From Auanema rhodensis (Eukaryota > Animalia > Nematoda), in assembly GCA_964057225.1 (NCBI GenBank), contig OZ059899.1, forward strand, positions 310,001 through 374,000: a DNA stretch of 64,000 nucleotides, read 5' to 3'. Position numbers and translations under genes: made by a program. Every line of letters starts with the position of its first letter. The first letter of the stretch is position 1. This document shows positions 13,901 through 28,900 of the stretch, one piece after another. Below the pieces are notes generated by a model that was not told the origin of the DNA, made no database searches, and worked only from the letters and a program-made list of their open reading frames with translations.

Positions 13901-16900
13901 TGGTTACCATTAACCAATATCAATAAAAATTTGTTTTTAGACTAATATGGACATGGGGAATCTAAATTTGAAAACCGCATCTCTTTATCTTTCACGTGAA
14001 GCGAGTTACATACCAAGTGCACATCACGTGTACATTTAATTAGCATAAATTAAAGTTCACGTAAATTTCAAAGTCATGGTTACCATGCACCAATATCAAT
14101 AAAAATTTGTTTTTAGACTAATATGGACATGGGGAATCTAATTTTGAAAACCGCATCTCTTTATCTTTCACGTGAAGCGAGTTACATACCAAGTGCACAT
14201 CACGTGTACATTTAATTAGCATAAATTAAAGTTCACGTAAATTTCAAAGTCATGGTTACCATGAACCAATATCAATAAAAATTTGTTTTTAGACTAATAT
14301 GGACATGGGGAATCTAATTTTGAAAACCGCATCTCTTTATCTTTCACGTGCAGCGAGTTACATACCAAGTGCACATCACGTGTACATTTAATTAGCATAA
14401 ATTAAAGTTCACGTAAATTTCAAAGTCATGGTTACCATGCACCAATATCAATAAAAATTTGTTTTTAGACTAATATGGACATGGGGAATCTAATTTTGAA
14501 AACCGCATCTCTTTATCTTCCACGTGAAGCGAGTTACATACCAAGTGCACATCACGTGTACATTTAATTAGCATGAATTAAAGTTCACGTAAATTTCAAA
14601 GTCATGGTTACCATGAACCAATATCAATAAAAATTTGTTTTTAGACTAATATGGACATGGGGAATCTAATTTTAAAAACCGCATCTCTTTATCTTCCACG
14701 TGAAGCGAGTTACATACCAAGTGCACATCACGTGTACATTTAATTAGCATAAATTAAAGTTCACGTAAATTTCAAAGTCATGGTTACCATGCACCAATAT
14801 CAATAAAAATTTGTTTTTAGACTAATATGGACATGGGGAATCTAATTTTGAAAACCGCATCTCTTTATCTTTCACGTGAAGCGAGTTACATACCAAGTGC
14901 ACATCACGTGTACATTTAATTAGCATAAATTAAAGTTCACGTAAATTTCAAAGTCATGGTTACCATTAACCAATATCAATAAAAATTTGTTTTTAGACTA
15001 ATATGGACATGGGGAATCTAATTTTGAAAACCGCATCTCTTTATCTTTCACGTGAAGCGAGTTACATACCAAGTGCACATCACGTGTACATTTAATTAGC
15101 ATAAATTAAAGTTCACGTAAATTTCAAAGTCATGGTTACCATGAACCAATATCAATAAAAATTTGTTTTTAGACTAATATGGACATGGGGAATCTAATTT
15201 TGAAAACCGCATCTCTTTATCTTTCACGTGAAGCGAGTTACATACCAAGTGCACATCACGTGTACATTTAATTAGCATAAATTAAAGTTCACGTAAATTT
15301 CAAAGTCATGGTTACCATGAACCAATATCAATAAAAATTTGTTTTTAGACTAATATGGACATGGGGAATCAAATTTTGAAAACCGCATCTCTTTATCTTT
15401 CACGTGAAGCGAGTTACATACCAAGTGCACATCACGTGTACATTTAATTAGCATAAATTAAAGTTCACGTAAATTTCAAAGTCATGGTTACCATGCACCA
15501 ATATCAATAAAAATCTGTTTTTAGACTAATATGGACATGGGGAATCTAATTTTGAAAACCGCATCACTTTATCTTTCACGTGAAGCGAGTTACATACCAA
15601 GTGCACATCACGTGTACATTTAATTAGCATAAATTAAAGTTCACGTAAATTTCAAAGTCATGGTTACCATGCATCAATATCAATAAAAATTTGTTTTTAG
15701 ACTAATATGGACATGGGGAATCTAATTTTGAAAACCGCATCTCTTTATCTTTCACGTGAAGCGAGTTACATATCAAGTGCACATCACGTGTACATTTAAT
15801 TAGCATAAATTAAAGTTCACGTAAATTTCAAAGTCATGGTTACCATTAACCAATATCAATAAAAATTTGTTTTTAGACTAATATGGACATGGGGAATCTA
15901 ATTTTGAAAACCGCATCTCTTTATCTTTCACGTGAAGCGAGTTACATACCAAGTGCACATCACGTGTACATTTAATTAGCATAAATTAAAGTTCACGTAA
16001 ATTTCAAAGTCATGGTTACCATGCACCAATATCAATAAAAATTTGTTTTTAGACTAATATGGACATGGGGAATCTAATTTTGAAAACCGCATCTCTTTAT
16101 CTTTCACGTGAAGCGAGTTACATACCAAGTGCACATCATGTGTACATTTAATTAGCATAAATTAAAGTTCACGTAAATTTCAAAGTCATGGTTACCATGA
16201 ACCAATATCAATAAAAATTTGTTTTTAGACTAATATGGACATGGGGAATCTAATTTTGAAAACCGCATCTCTTTATCTTTCACGTGCAGCGAGTTACATA
16301 CCAAGTGCACATCACGTGTACATTTAATTAGCATAAATTAAAGTTCACGTAAATTTCAAAGTCATGGTTACCATGCACCAATATCAATAAAAATTTGTTT
16401 TTAGACTAATATGGACATGGGGAATCTAATTTTGAAAACCGCATCTCTTTATCTTCCACGTGAAGCGAGTTACATACCAAGTGCACATCACGTGTACATT
16501 TAATTAGCATAAATTAAAGTTCACGTAAATTTCAAAGTCATGGTTACCATGAACCAATATCAATAGAAATTTGTTTTTAGACTAATATGGACATGGGGAA
16601 TCTAATTTTGAAAACCGCATCTCTTTATCTTCCACGTGAAGCGAGTTACATACCAAGTGCACATCACGTGTACATTTAATTAGCATAAATTAAAGTTCAC
16701 GTAAATTTCAAAGTCATGGTTACCATGCACCAATATCAATAAAAATTTGTTTTTAGACTAATATGGACATGGGGAATCTAATTTTGAAAACCGCATCTCT
16801 TTATCTTTCACGTGAAGCGAGTTACATACCAAGTGCACATCACGTGTACATTTAATTAGCATAAATTAAAGTTCACGTAAATTTCAAAGTCATGGTTACC

Positions 16901-19900
16901 ATTAACCAATATCAATAAAAATTTGTTTTTAGACTAATATGGACATGGGGAATCTAATTTTGAAAACCGCATCTCTTTATCTTTCACGTGAAGCGAGTTA
17001 CATACCAAGTGCACATCACGTGTACATTTAATTAGCATAAATTAAAGTTCACGTAAATTTCAAAGTCATGGTTACCATGAACCAATATCAATAAAAATTT
17101 GTTTTTAGACTAATATGGACATGGGGAATCTAATTTTGAAAACCGCATCTCTTTATCTTTCACGTGAAGCGAGTTACATACCAAGTGCACATCACGTGTA
17201 CATTTAATTAGCATAAATTAAAGTTCACGTAAATTTCAAAGTCATGGTTACCATGAACCAATATCAATAAAAATTTGTTTTTAGACTAATATGGACATGG
17301 GGAATCTAATTTTGAAAACCGCATCTCTTTATCTTTCACGTGAAGCGAGTTACATATCAAGTGCACATCACGTGTACATTTAATTAGCATAAATTAAAGT
17401 TCACGTAAATTTCAAAGTCATGGTTACCATGCACCAATATCAATAAAAATTTGTTTTTAGACTAATATGGACATGGGGAATCTAATTTTGAAAACCGCAT
17501 CTCTTTATCTTTCACGTGCAGCGAGTTACATACCAAGTGCACATCACGTGTACATTTAATTAGCATAAATTAAAGTTCACGTAAATTTCAAAGTCATGGT
17601 TACCATGCACCAATATCAATAAAAATTTGTTTTTAGACTAATATGGACATGGGGAATCTAATTTTGAAAACCGCATCTCTTTATCTTCCACGTGAAGCGA
17701 GTTACATACCAAGTGCACATCACGTGTACATTTAATTAGCATAAATTAAAGTTCACGTAAATTTCAAAGTCATGGTTACCATGCACCAATATCAATAAAA
17801 ATCTGTTTTTAGACTAATATGGACATGGGGAATCTAATTTTGAAAACCGCATCACTTTATCTTTCACGTGAAGCGAGTTACATACCAAGTGCACATCACG
17901 TGTACATTTAATTAGCATAAATTAAAGTTCACGTAAATTTCAAAGTCATGGTTACCATGCATCAATATCAATAAAAATTTGTTTTTAGACTAATATGGAC
18001 ATGGGGAATCTAATTTTGAAAACCGCATCTCTTTATCTTTCACGTGAAGCGAGTTACATATCAAGTGCACATCACGTGTACATTTAATTAGCATAAATTA
18101 AAGTTCACGTAAATTTCAAAGTCATGGTTACCATTAACCAATATCAATAAAAATTTGTTTTTAGACTAATATGGACATGGGGAATCTAAATTTGAAAACC
18201 GCATCTCTTTATCTTTCACGTGAAGCGAGTTACATACCAAGTGCACATCACGTGTACATTTAATTAGCATAAATTAAAGTTCACGTAAATTTCAAAGTCA
18301 TGGTTACCATGCACCAATATCAATAAAAATTTGTTTTTAGACTAATATGGACATGGGGAATCTAATTTTGAAAACCGCATCTCTTTATCTTTCACGTGAA
18401 GCGAGTTACATACCAAGTGCACATCACGTGTACATTTAATTAGCATAAATTAAAGTTCACGTAAATTTCAAAGTCATGGTTACCATGAACCAATATCAAT
18501 AAAAATTTGTTTTTAGACTAATATGGACATGGGGAATCTAATTTTGAAAACCGCATCTCTTTATCTTTCACGTGCAGCGAGTTACATACCAAGTGCACAT
18601 CACGTGTACATTTAATTAGCATAAATTAAAGTTCACGTAAATTTCAAAGTCATGGTTACCATGCACCAATATCAATAAAAATTTGTTTTTAGACTAATAT
18701 GGACATGGGGAATCTAATTTTGAAAACCGCATCTCTTTATCTTCCACGTGAAGCGAGTTACATACCAAGTGCACATCACGTGTACATTTAATTAGCATGA
18801 ATTAAAGTTCACGTAAATTTCAAAGTCATGGTTACCATGAACCAATATCAATAAAAATTTGTTTTTAGACTAATATGGACATGGGGAATCTAATTTTAAA
18901 AACCGCATCTCTTTATCTTCCACGTGAAGCGAGTTACATACCAAGTGCACATCACGTGTACATTTAATTAGCATAAATTAAAGTTCACGTAAATTTCAAA
19001 GTCATGGTTACCATGCACCAATATCAATAAAAATTTGTTTTTAGACTAATATGGACATGGGGAATCTAATTTTGAAAACCGCATCTCTTTATCTTTCACG
19101 TGAAGCGAGTTACATACCAAGTGCACATCACGTGTACATTTAATTAGCATAAATTAAAGTTCACGTAAATTTCAAAGTCATGGTTACCATTAACCAATAT
19201 CAATAAAAATTTGTTTTTAGACTAATATGGACATGGGGAATCTAATTTTGAAAACCGCATCTCTTTATCTTTCACGTGAAGCGAGTTACATACCAAGTGC
19301 ACATCACGTGTACATTTAATTAGCATAAATTAAAGTTCACGTAAATTTCAAAGTCATGGTTACCATGAACCAATATCAATAAAAATTTGTTTTTAGACTA
19401 ATATGGACATGGGGAATCTAATTTTGAAAACCGCATCTCTTTATCTTTCACGTGAAGCGAGTTACATACCAAGTGCACATCACGTGTACATTTAATTAGC
19501 ATAAATTAAAGTTCACGTAAATTTCAAAGTCATGGTTACCATGAACCAATATCAATAAAAATTTGTTTTTAGACTAATATGGACATGGGGAATCAAATTT
19601 TGAAAACCGCATCTCTTTATCTTTCACGTGAAGCGAGTTACATACCAAGTGCACATCACGTGTACATTTAATTAGCATAAATTAAAGTTCACGTAAATTT
19701 CAAAGTCATGGTTACCATGCACCAATATCAATAAAAATCTGTTTTTAGACTAATATGGACATGGGGAATCTAATTTTGAAAACCGCATCACTTTATCTTT
19801 CACGTGAAGCGAGTTACATACCAAGTGCACATCACGTGTACATTTAATTAGCATAAATTAAAGTTCACGTAAATTTCAAAGTCATGGTTACCATGCATCA

Positions 19901-22900
19901 ATATCAATAAAAATTTGTTTTTAGACTAATATGGACATGGGGAATCTAATTTTGAAAACCGCATCTCTTTATCTTTCACGTGAAGCGAGTTACATATCAA
20001 GTGCACATCACGTGTACATTTAATTAGCATAAATTAAAGTTCACGTAAATTTCAAAGTCATGGTTACCATTAACCAATATCAATAAAAATTTGTTTTTAG
20101 ACTAATATGGACATGGGGAATCTAATTTTGAAAACCGCATCTCTTTATCTTTCACGTGAAGCGAGTTACATACCAAGTGCACATCACGTGTACATTTAAT
20201 TAGCATAAATTAAAGTTCACGTAAATTTCAAAGTCATGGTTACCATGCACCAATATCAATAAAAATTTGTTTTTAGACTAATATGGACATGGGGAATCTA
20301 ATTTTGAAAACCGCATCTCTTTATCTTTCACGTGAAGCGAGTTACATACCAAGTGCACATCATGTGTACATTTAATTAGCATAAATTAAAGTTCACGTAA
20401 ATTTCAAAGTCATGGTTACCATGAACCAATATCAATAAAAATTTGTTTTTAGACTAATATGGACATGGGGAATCTAATTTTGAAAACCGCATCTCTTTAT
20501 CTTTCACGTGCAGCGAGTTACATACCAAGTGCACATCACGTGTACATTTAATTAGCATAAATTAAAGTTCACGTAAATTTCAAAGTCATGGTTACCATGC
20601 ACCAATATCAATAAAAATTTGTTTTTAGACTAATATGGACATGGGGAATCTAATTTTGAAAACCGCATCTCTTTATCTTCCACGTGAAGCGAGTTACATA
20701 CCAAGTGCACATCACGTGTACATTTAATTAGCATAAATTAAAGTTCACGTAAATTTCAAAGTCATGGTTACCATGAACCAATATCAATAGAAATTTGTTT
20801 TTAGACTAATATGGACATGGGGAATCTAATTTTGAAAACCGCATCTCTTTATCTTCCACGTGAAGCGAGTTACATACCAAGTGCACATCACGTGTACATT
20901 TAATTAGCATAAATTAAAGTTCACGTAAATTTCAAAGTCATGGTTACCATGCACCAATATCAATAAAAATTTGTTTTTAGACTAATATGGACATGGGGAA
21001 TCTAATTTTGAAAACCGCATCTCTTTATCTTTCACGTGAAGCGAGTTACATACCAAGTGCACATCACGTGTACATTTAATTAGCATAAATTAAAGTTCAC
21101 GTAAATTTCAAAGTCATGGTTACCATTAACCAATATCAATAAAAATTTGTTTTTAGACTAATATGGACATGGGGAATCTAATTTTGAAAACCGCATCTCT
21201 TTATCTTTCACGTGAAGCGAGTTACATACCAAGTGCACATCACGTGTACATTTAATTAGCATAAATTAAAGTTCACGTAAATTTCAAAGTCATGGTTACC
21301 ATGAACCAATATCAATAAAAATTTGTTTTTAGACTAATATGGACATGGGGAATCTAATTTTGAAAACCGCATCTCTTTATCTTTCACGTGAAGCGAGTTA
21401 CATACCAAGTGCACATCACGTGTACATTTAATTAGCATAAATTAAAGTTCACGTAAATTTCAAAGTCATGGTTACCATGAACCAATATCAATAAAAATTT
21501 GTTTTTAGACTAATATGGACATGGGGAATCTAATTTTGAAAACCGCATCTCTTTATCTTTCACGTGAAGCGAGTTACATATCAAGTGCACATCACGTGTA
21601 CATTTAATTAGCATAAATTAAAGTTCACGTAAATTTCAAAGTCATGGTTACCATGCACCAATATCAATAAAAATTTGTTTTTAGACTAATATGGACATGG
21701 GGAATCTAATTTTGAAAACCGCATCTCTTTATCTTTCACGTGCAGCGAGTTACATACCAAGTGCACATCACGTGTACATTTAATTAGCATAAATTAAAGT
21801 TCACGTAAATTTCAAAGTCATGGTTACCATGCACCAATATCAATAAAAATTTGTTTTTAGACTAATATGGACATGGGGAATCTAATTTTGAAAACCGCAT
21901 CTCTTTATCTTCCACGTGAAGCGAGTTACATACCAAGTGCACATCACGTGTACATTTAATTAGCATAAATTAAAGTTCACGTAAATTTCAAAGTCATGGT
22001 TACCATGAACCAATATCAATAAAAATTTGTTTTTAGACTAATATGGACATGGGGAATCTAATTTTGAAAACCGCATCTCTTTATCTTCCACGTGAAGCGA
22101 GTTACATACCAAGTGCACATCACGTGTACATTTAATTAGCATAAATTAAAGTTCACGTAAATTTCAAAGTCATGGTTACCATGCACCAATATCAATAAAA
22201 ATTTGTTTTTAGACTAATATGGACATGGGGAATCTAATTTTGAAAACCGCATCTCTTTATCTTTCACGTGAAGCGAGTTACATACCAAGTGCACATCACG
22301 TGTACATTTAATTAGCATAAATTAAAGTTCACGTAAATTTCAAAGTCATGGTTACCATTAACCAATATCAATAAAAATTTGTTTTTAGACTAATATGGAC
22401 ATGGGGAATCTAATTTTGAAAACCGCATCTCTTTATCTTTCACGTGAAGCGAGTTACATACCAAGTGCACATCACGTGTACATTTAATTAGCATAAATTA
22501 AAGTTCACGTAAATTTCAAAGTCATGGTTACCATGAACCAATATCAATAAAAATTTGTTTTTAGACTAATATGGACATGGGGAATCTAATTTTGAAAACC
22601 GCATCTCTTTATCTTTCACGTGAAGCGAGTTACATACCAAGTGCACATCACGTGTACATTTAATTAGCATAAATTAAAGTTCACGTAAATTTCAAAGTCA
22701 TGGTTACCATGAACCAATATCAATAAAAATTTGTTTTTAGACTAATATGGACATGGGGAATCTAATTTTGAAAACCGTATCTCTTTATCTTTCACGTGAA
22801 GCGAGTTACATATCAAGTGCACATCACGTGTACATTTAATTAGCATAAATTAAAGTTCACGTAAATTTCAAAGTCATGGTTACCATGCACCAATATCAAT

Positions 22901-25900
22901 AAAAATTTGTTTTTAGACTAATATGGACATGGGGAATCTAATTTTGAAAACCGCATCTCTTTATCTTTCACGTGAAGCGAGTTACATACCAAGTGCACAT
23001 CACGTGTACATTTAATTAGCATAAATTAAAGTTCACGTAAATTTCAAAGTCATGGTTACCATGCACCAATATCAATAAAAATCTGTTTTTAGACTAATAT
23101 GGACATGGGGAATCTAATTTTGAAAACCGCATCACTTTATCTTTCACGTGAAGCGAGTTACATACCAAGTGCACATCACGTGTACATTTAATTAGCATAA
23201 ATTAAAGTTCACGTAAATTTCAAAGTCATGGTTACCATGCATCAATATCAATAAAAATTTGTTTTTAGACTAATATGGACATGGGGAATCTAATTTTGAA
23301 AACCGCATCTCTTTATCTTTCACGTGAAGCGAGTTACATATCAAGTGCACATCACGTGTACATTTAATTAGCATAAATTAAAGTTCACGTAAATTTCAAA
23401 GTCATGGTTACCATTAACCAATATCAATAAAAATTTGTTTTTAGACTAATATGGACATGGGGAATCTAAATTTGAAAACCGCATCTCTTTATCTTTCACG
23501 TGAAGCGAGTTACATACCAAGTGCACATCACGTGTACATTTAATTAGCATAAATTAAAGTTCACGTAAATTTCAAAGTCATGGTTACCATGCACCAATAT
23601 CAATAAAAATTTGTTTTTAGACTAATATGGACATGGGGAATCTAATTTTGAAAACCGCATCTCTTTATCTTTCACGTGAAGCGAGTTACATACCAAGTGC
23701 ACATCACGTGTACATTTAATTAGCATAAATTAAAGTTCACGTAAATTTCAAAGTCATGGTTACCATGAACCAATATCAATAAAAATTTGTTTTTAGACTA
23801 ATATGGACATGGGGAATCTAATTTTGAAAACCGCATCTCTTTATCTTTCACGTGCAGCGAGTTACATACCAAGTGCACATCACGTGTACATTTAATTAGC
23901 ATAAATTAAAGTTCACGTAAATTTCAAAGTCATGGTTACCATGCACCAATATCAATAAAAATTTGTTTTTAGACTAATATGGACATGGGGAATCTAATTT
24001 TGAAAACCGCATCTCTTTATCTTCCACGTGAAGCGAGTTACATACCAAGTGCACATCACGTGTACATTTAATTAGCATAAATTAAAGTTCACGTAAATTT
24101 CAAAGTCATGGTTACCATGAACCAATATCAATAAAAATTTGTTTTTAGACTAATATGGACATGGGGAATCTAATTTTAAAAACCGCATCTCTTTATCTTC
24201 CACGTGAAGCGAGTTACATACCAAGTGCACATCACGTGTACATTTAATTAGCATAAATTAAAGTTCACGTAAATTTCAAAGTCATGGTTACCATGCACCA
24301 ATATCAATAAAAATTTGTTTTTAGACTAATATGGACATGGGGAATCTAATTTTGAAAACCGCATCTCTTTATCTTTCACGTGAAGCGAGTTACATACCAA
24401 GTGCACATCACGTGTACATTTAATTAGCATAAATTAAAGTTCACGTAAATTTCAAAGTCATGGTTACCATTAACCAATATCAATAAAAATTTGTTTTTAG
24501 ACTAATATGGACATGGGGAATCTAATTTTGAAAACCGCATCTCTTTATCTTTCACGTGAAGCGAGTTACATACCAAGTGCACATCACGTGTACATTTAAT
24601 TAGCATAAATTAAAGTTCACGTAAATTTCAAAGTCATGGTTACCATGAACCAATATCAATAAAAATTTGTTTTTAGACTAATATGGACATGGGGAATCAA
24701 ATTTTGAAAACCGCATCTCTTTATCTTTCACGTGAAGCGAGTTACATACCAAGTGCACATCACGTGTACATTTAATTAGCATAAATTAAAGTTCACGTAA
24801 ATTTCAAAGTCATGGTTACCATGCACCAATATCAATAAAAATCTGTTTTTAGACTAATATGGACATGGGGAATCTAATTTTGAAAACCGCATCACTTTAT
24901 CTTTCACGTGAAGCGAGTTACATACCAAGTGCACATCACGTGTACATTTAATTAGCATAAATTAAAGTTCACGTAAATTTCAAAGTCATGGTTACCATGC
25001 ATCAATATCAATAAAAATTTGTTTTTAGACTAATATGGACATGGGGAATCTAATTTTGAAAACCGCATCTCTTTATCTTTCACGTGAAGCGAGTTACATA
25101 TCAAGTGCACATCACGTGTACATTTAATTAGCATAAATTAAAGTTCACGTAAATTTCAAAGTCATGGTTACCATTAACCAATATCAATAAAAATTTGTTT
25201 TTAGACTAATATGGACATGGGGAATCTAATTTTGAAAACCGCATCTCTTTATCTTTCACGTGAAGCGAGTTACATACCAAGTGCACATCACGTGTACATT
25301 TAATTAGCATAAATTAAAGTTCACGTAAATTTCAAAGTCATGGTTACCATGCACCAATATCAATAAAAATTTGTTTTTAGACTAATATGGACATGGGGAA
25401 TCTAATTTTGAAAACCGCATCTCTTTATCTTTCACGTGAAGCGAGTTACATACCAAGTGCACATCACGTGTACATTTAATTAGCATAAATTAAAGTTCAC
25501 GTAAATTTCAAAGTCATGGTTACCATGAACCAATATCAATAAAAATTAGTTTTTAGACTAATATGGACATGTGGAATCTAATGTTGAAAACCGCATTTCT
25601 TTATCTTTCACGTGAAGCGAGTTACATACCAAGTGCACATCACGTGTACATTTAATTAGCATAAATTAAAGTTCACGTAAATTTCAAAGTCATGGTTACC
25701 ATGAACCAATATCAATAAAAATTTGTTTTTAGACTAATATGGACATGGGAAATCAAATTTTGAAAACCGCATCTCTTTATCTTTCACGTGAAGCGAGTTA
25801 CATACCAAGTGCACATCACGTGTACATTTAATTAGCATAAATTAAAGTTCACGTAAATTTCAAAGTCATGGTTACCATGAACCAATATCAATAAAAATTT

Positions 25901-28900
25901 GTTTTTAGACTAATATGGACATGGGGAATCTAATTTTGAAAACCGCATCACTTTATCTTTCACGTGAAGCGAGTTACATACCAAGTGCACATCACGTGTA
26001 CATTTAATTAGCATAAATTAAAGTTCACGTAAATTTCAAAGTCATGGTTACCATGAACCAATATCAATAAAAATTTGTTTTTAGACTAATATGGACATGG
26101 GGAATCAAATTTTGAAAACCGCATCTCTTTATCTTTCACGTGAAGCGAGTTACATACCAAGTGCACATCACGTGTACATTTAATTAGCATAAATTAAAGT
26201 TCACGTAAATTTCAAAGTCATGGTTACCATGAACCAATATCAATACAAAATTTGTTTTTAGACTAATATGGACATGGGGAATCTAATTTTGAAAACCGCA
26301 TCACTTTATCTTTCACGTGAAGCGAGTTACATACCAAGTGCACATCACGTGTACATTTAATTAGCATAAATTAAAGTTCACGTAAATTTCAAAGTCATGG
26401 TTACCATGCACCAATATCAATAAAAATTTGTTTTTAGACTAATATGGACATGGGGAATCTAATGTTGAAAACCGCATCTCTTTATCTTTCACGTGAAGCA
26501 AGTTACATACCAAGTGCACATCACGTGTACATTTAATTAGCATAAATTAAAGTTCACGTAAATTTCAAAGTCATGGTTACCATGCACCAATATCAATAAA
26601 AATTTGTTTTTAGACTAATATGGACATGAAGAATCTAATGTTGAAAACCGCATCTCTTTATCTTTCACGTGAAGCGAGTTACATACCAAGTGCACATCAC
26701 GTGTACATTTAATTAGCATAAATTAAAGTTCACGTAAATTTCAAAGTCATGGTTACCATGAACCAATATCAATAAAAATTTGTTTTTAGACTAATATGGA
26801 CATGGGGAATCAAATTTTGAAAACCGCATCTCTTTATCTTTCACGTGAAGCGAGTTACATACCAAGTGCACATCACGTGTACATTTAATTAGCATAAATT
26901 AAAGTTCACGTAAATTTCAAAGTCATGGTTACCATGCACCAATATCAATAAAAATCTGTTTTTAGACTAATATGGACATGGGGAATCTAATTTTGAAAAC
27001 CGCATCACTTTATCTTTCACGTGAAGCGAGTTACATACCAAGTGCACATCACGTGTACATTTAATTAGCATAAATTAAAGTTCACGTAAATTTCAAAGTC
27101 ATGGTTACCATGCATCAATATCAATAAAAATTTGTTTTTAGACTAATATGGACATGGGGAATCTAATTTTGAAAACCGCATCTCTTTATCTTTCACGTGA
27201 AGCGAGTTACATATCAAGTGCACATCACGTGTACATTTAATTAGCATAAATTAAAGTTCACGTAAATTTCAAAGTCATGGTTACCATTAACCAATATCAA
27301 TAAAAATTTGTTTTTAGACTAATATGGACATGGGGAATCTAATTTTGAAAACCGCATCTCTTTATCTTTCACGTGAAGCGAGTTACATACCAAGTGCACA
27401 TCACGTGTACATTTAATTAGCATAAATTAAAGTTCACGTAAATTTCAAAGTCATGGTTACCATGCACCAATATCAATAAAAATTTGTTTTTAGACTAATA
27501 TGGACATGGGGAATCTAATTTTGAAAACCGCATCTCTTTATCTTTCACGTGAAGCGAGTTACATACCAAGTGCACATCACGTGTACATTTAATTAGCATA
27601 AATTAAAGTTCACGTAAATTTCAAAGTCATGGTTACCATGAACCAATATCAATAAAAATTTGTTTTTAGACTAATATGGACATGGGGAATCTAATTTTGA
27701 AAACCGCATCTCTTTATCTTTCACGTGCAGCGAGTTACATACCAAGTGCACATCACGTGTACATTTAATTAGCATAAATTAAAGTTCACGTAAATTTCAA
27801 AGTCATGGTTACCATGCACCAATATCAATAAAAATTTGTTTTTAGACTAATATGGACATGGGGAATCTAATTTTGAAAACCGCATCTCTTTATCTTCCAC
27901 GTGAAGCGAGTTACATACCAAGTGCACATCACGTGTACATTTAATTAGCATAAATTAAAGTTCACGTAAATTTCAAAGTCATGGTTACCATGAACCAATA
28001 TCAATAAAAATTTGTTTTTAGACTAATATGGACATGGGGAATCTAATTTTGAAAACCGCATCTCTTTATCTTCCACGTGAAGCGAGTTACATACCAAGTG
28101 CACATCACGTGTACATTTAATTAGCATAAATTAAAGTTCACGTAAATTTCAAAGTCATGGTTACCATGCACCAATATCAATAAAAATTTGTTTTTAGACT
28201 AATATGGACATGGGGAATCTAATTTTGAAAACCGCATCTCTTTATCTTTCACGTGAAGCGAGTTACATACCAAGTGCACATCACGTGTACATTTAATTAG
28301 CATAAATTAAAGTTCACGTAAATTTCAAAGTCATGGTTACCATTAACCAATATCAATAAAAATTTGTTTTTAGACTAATATGGACATGGGGAATCTAATT
28401 TTGAAAACCGCATCTCTTTATCTTTCACGTGAAGCGAGTTACATACCAAGTGCACATCACGTGTACATTTAATTAGCATAAATTAAAGTTCACGTAAATT
28501 TCAAAGTCATGGTTACCATGAACCAATATCAATAAAAATTTGTTTTTAGACTAATATGGACATGGGGAATCTAATTTTGAAAACCGCATCTCTTTATCTT
28601 TCACGTGAAGCGAGTTACATACCAAGTGCACATCACGTGTACATTTAATTAGCATAAATTAAAGTTCACGTAAATTTCAAAGTCATGGTTACCATGAACC
28701 AATATCAATAAAAATTTGTTTTTAGACTAATATGGACATGGGGAATCTAATTTTGAAAACCGCATCTCTTTATCTTTCACGTGAAGCGAGTTACATATCA
28801 AGTGCACATCACGTGTACATTTAATTAGCATAAATTAAAGTTCACGTAAATTTCAAAGTCATGGTTACCATGCACCAATATCAATAAAAATTTGTTTTTA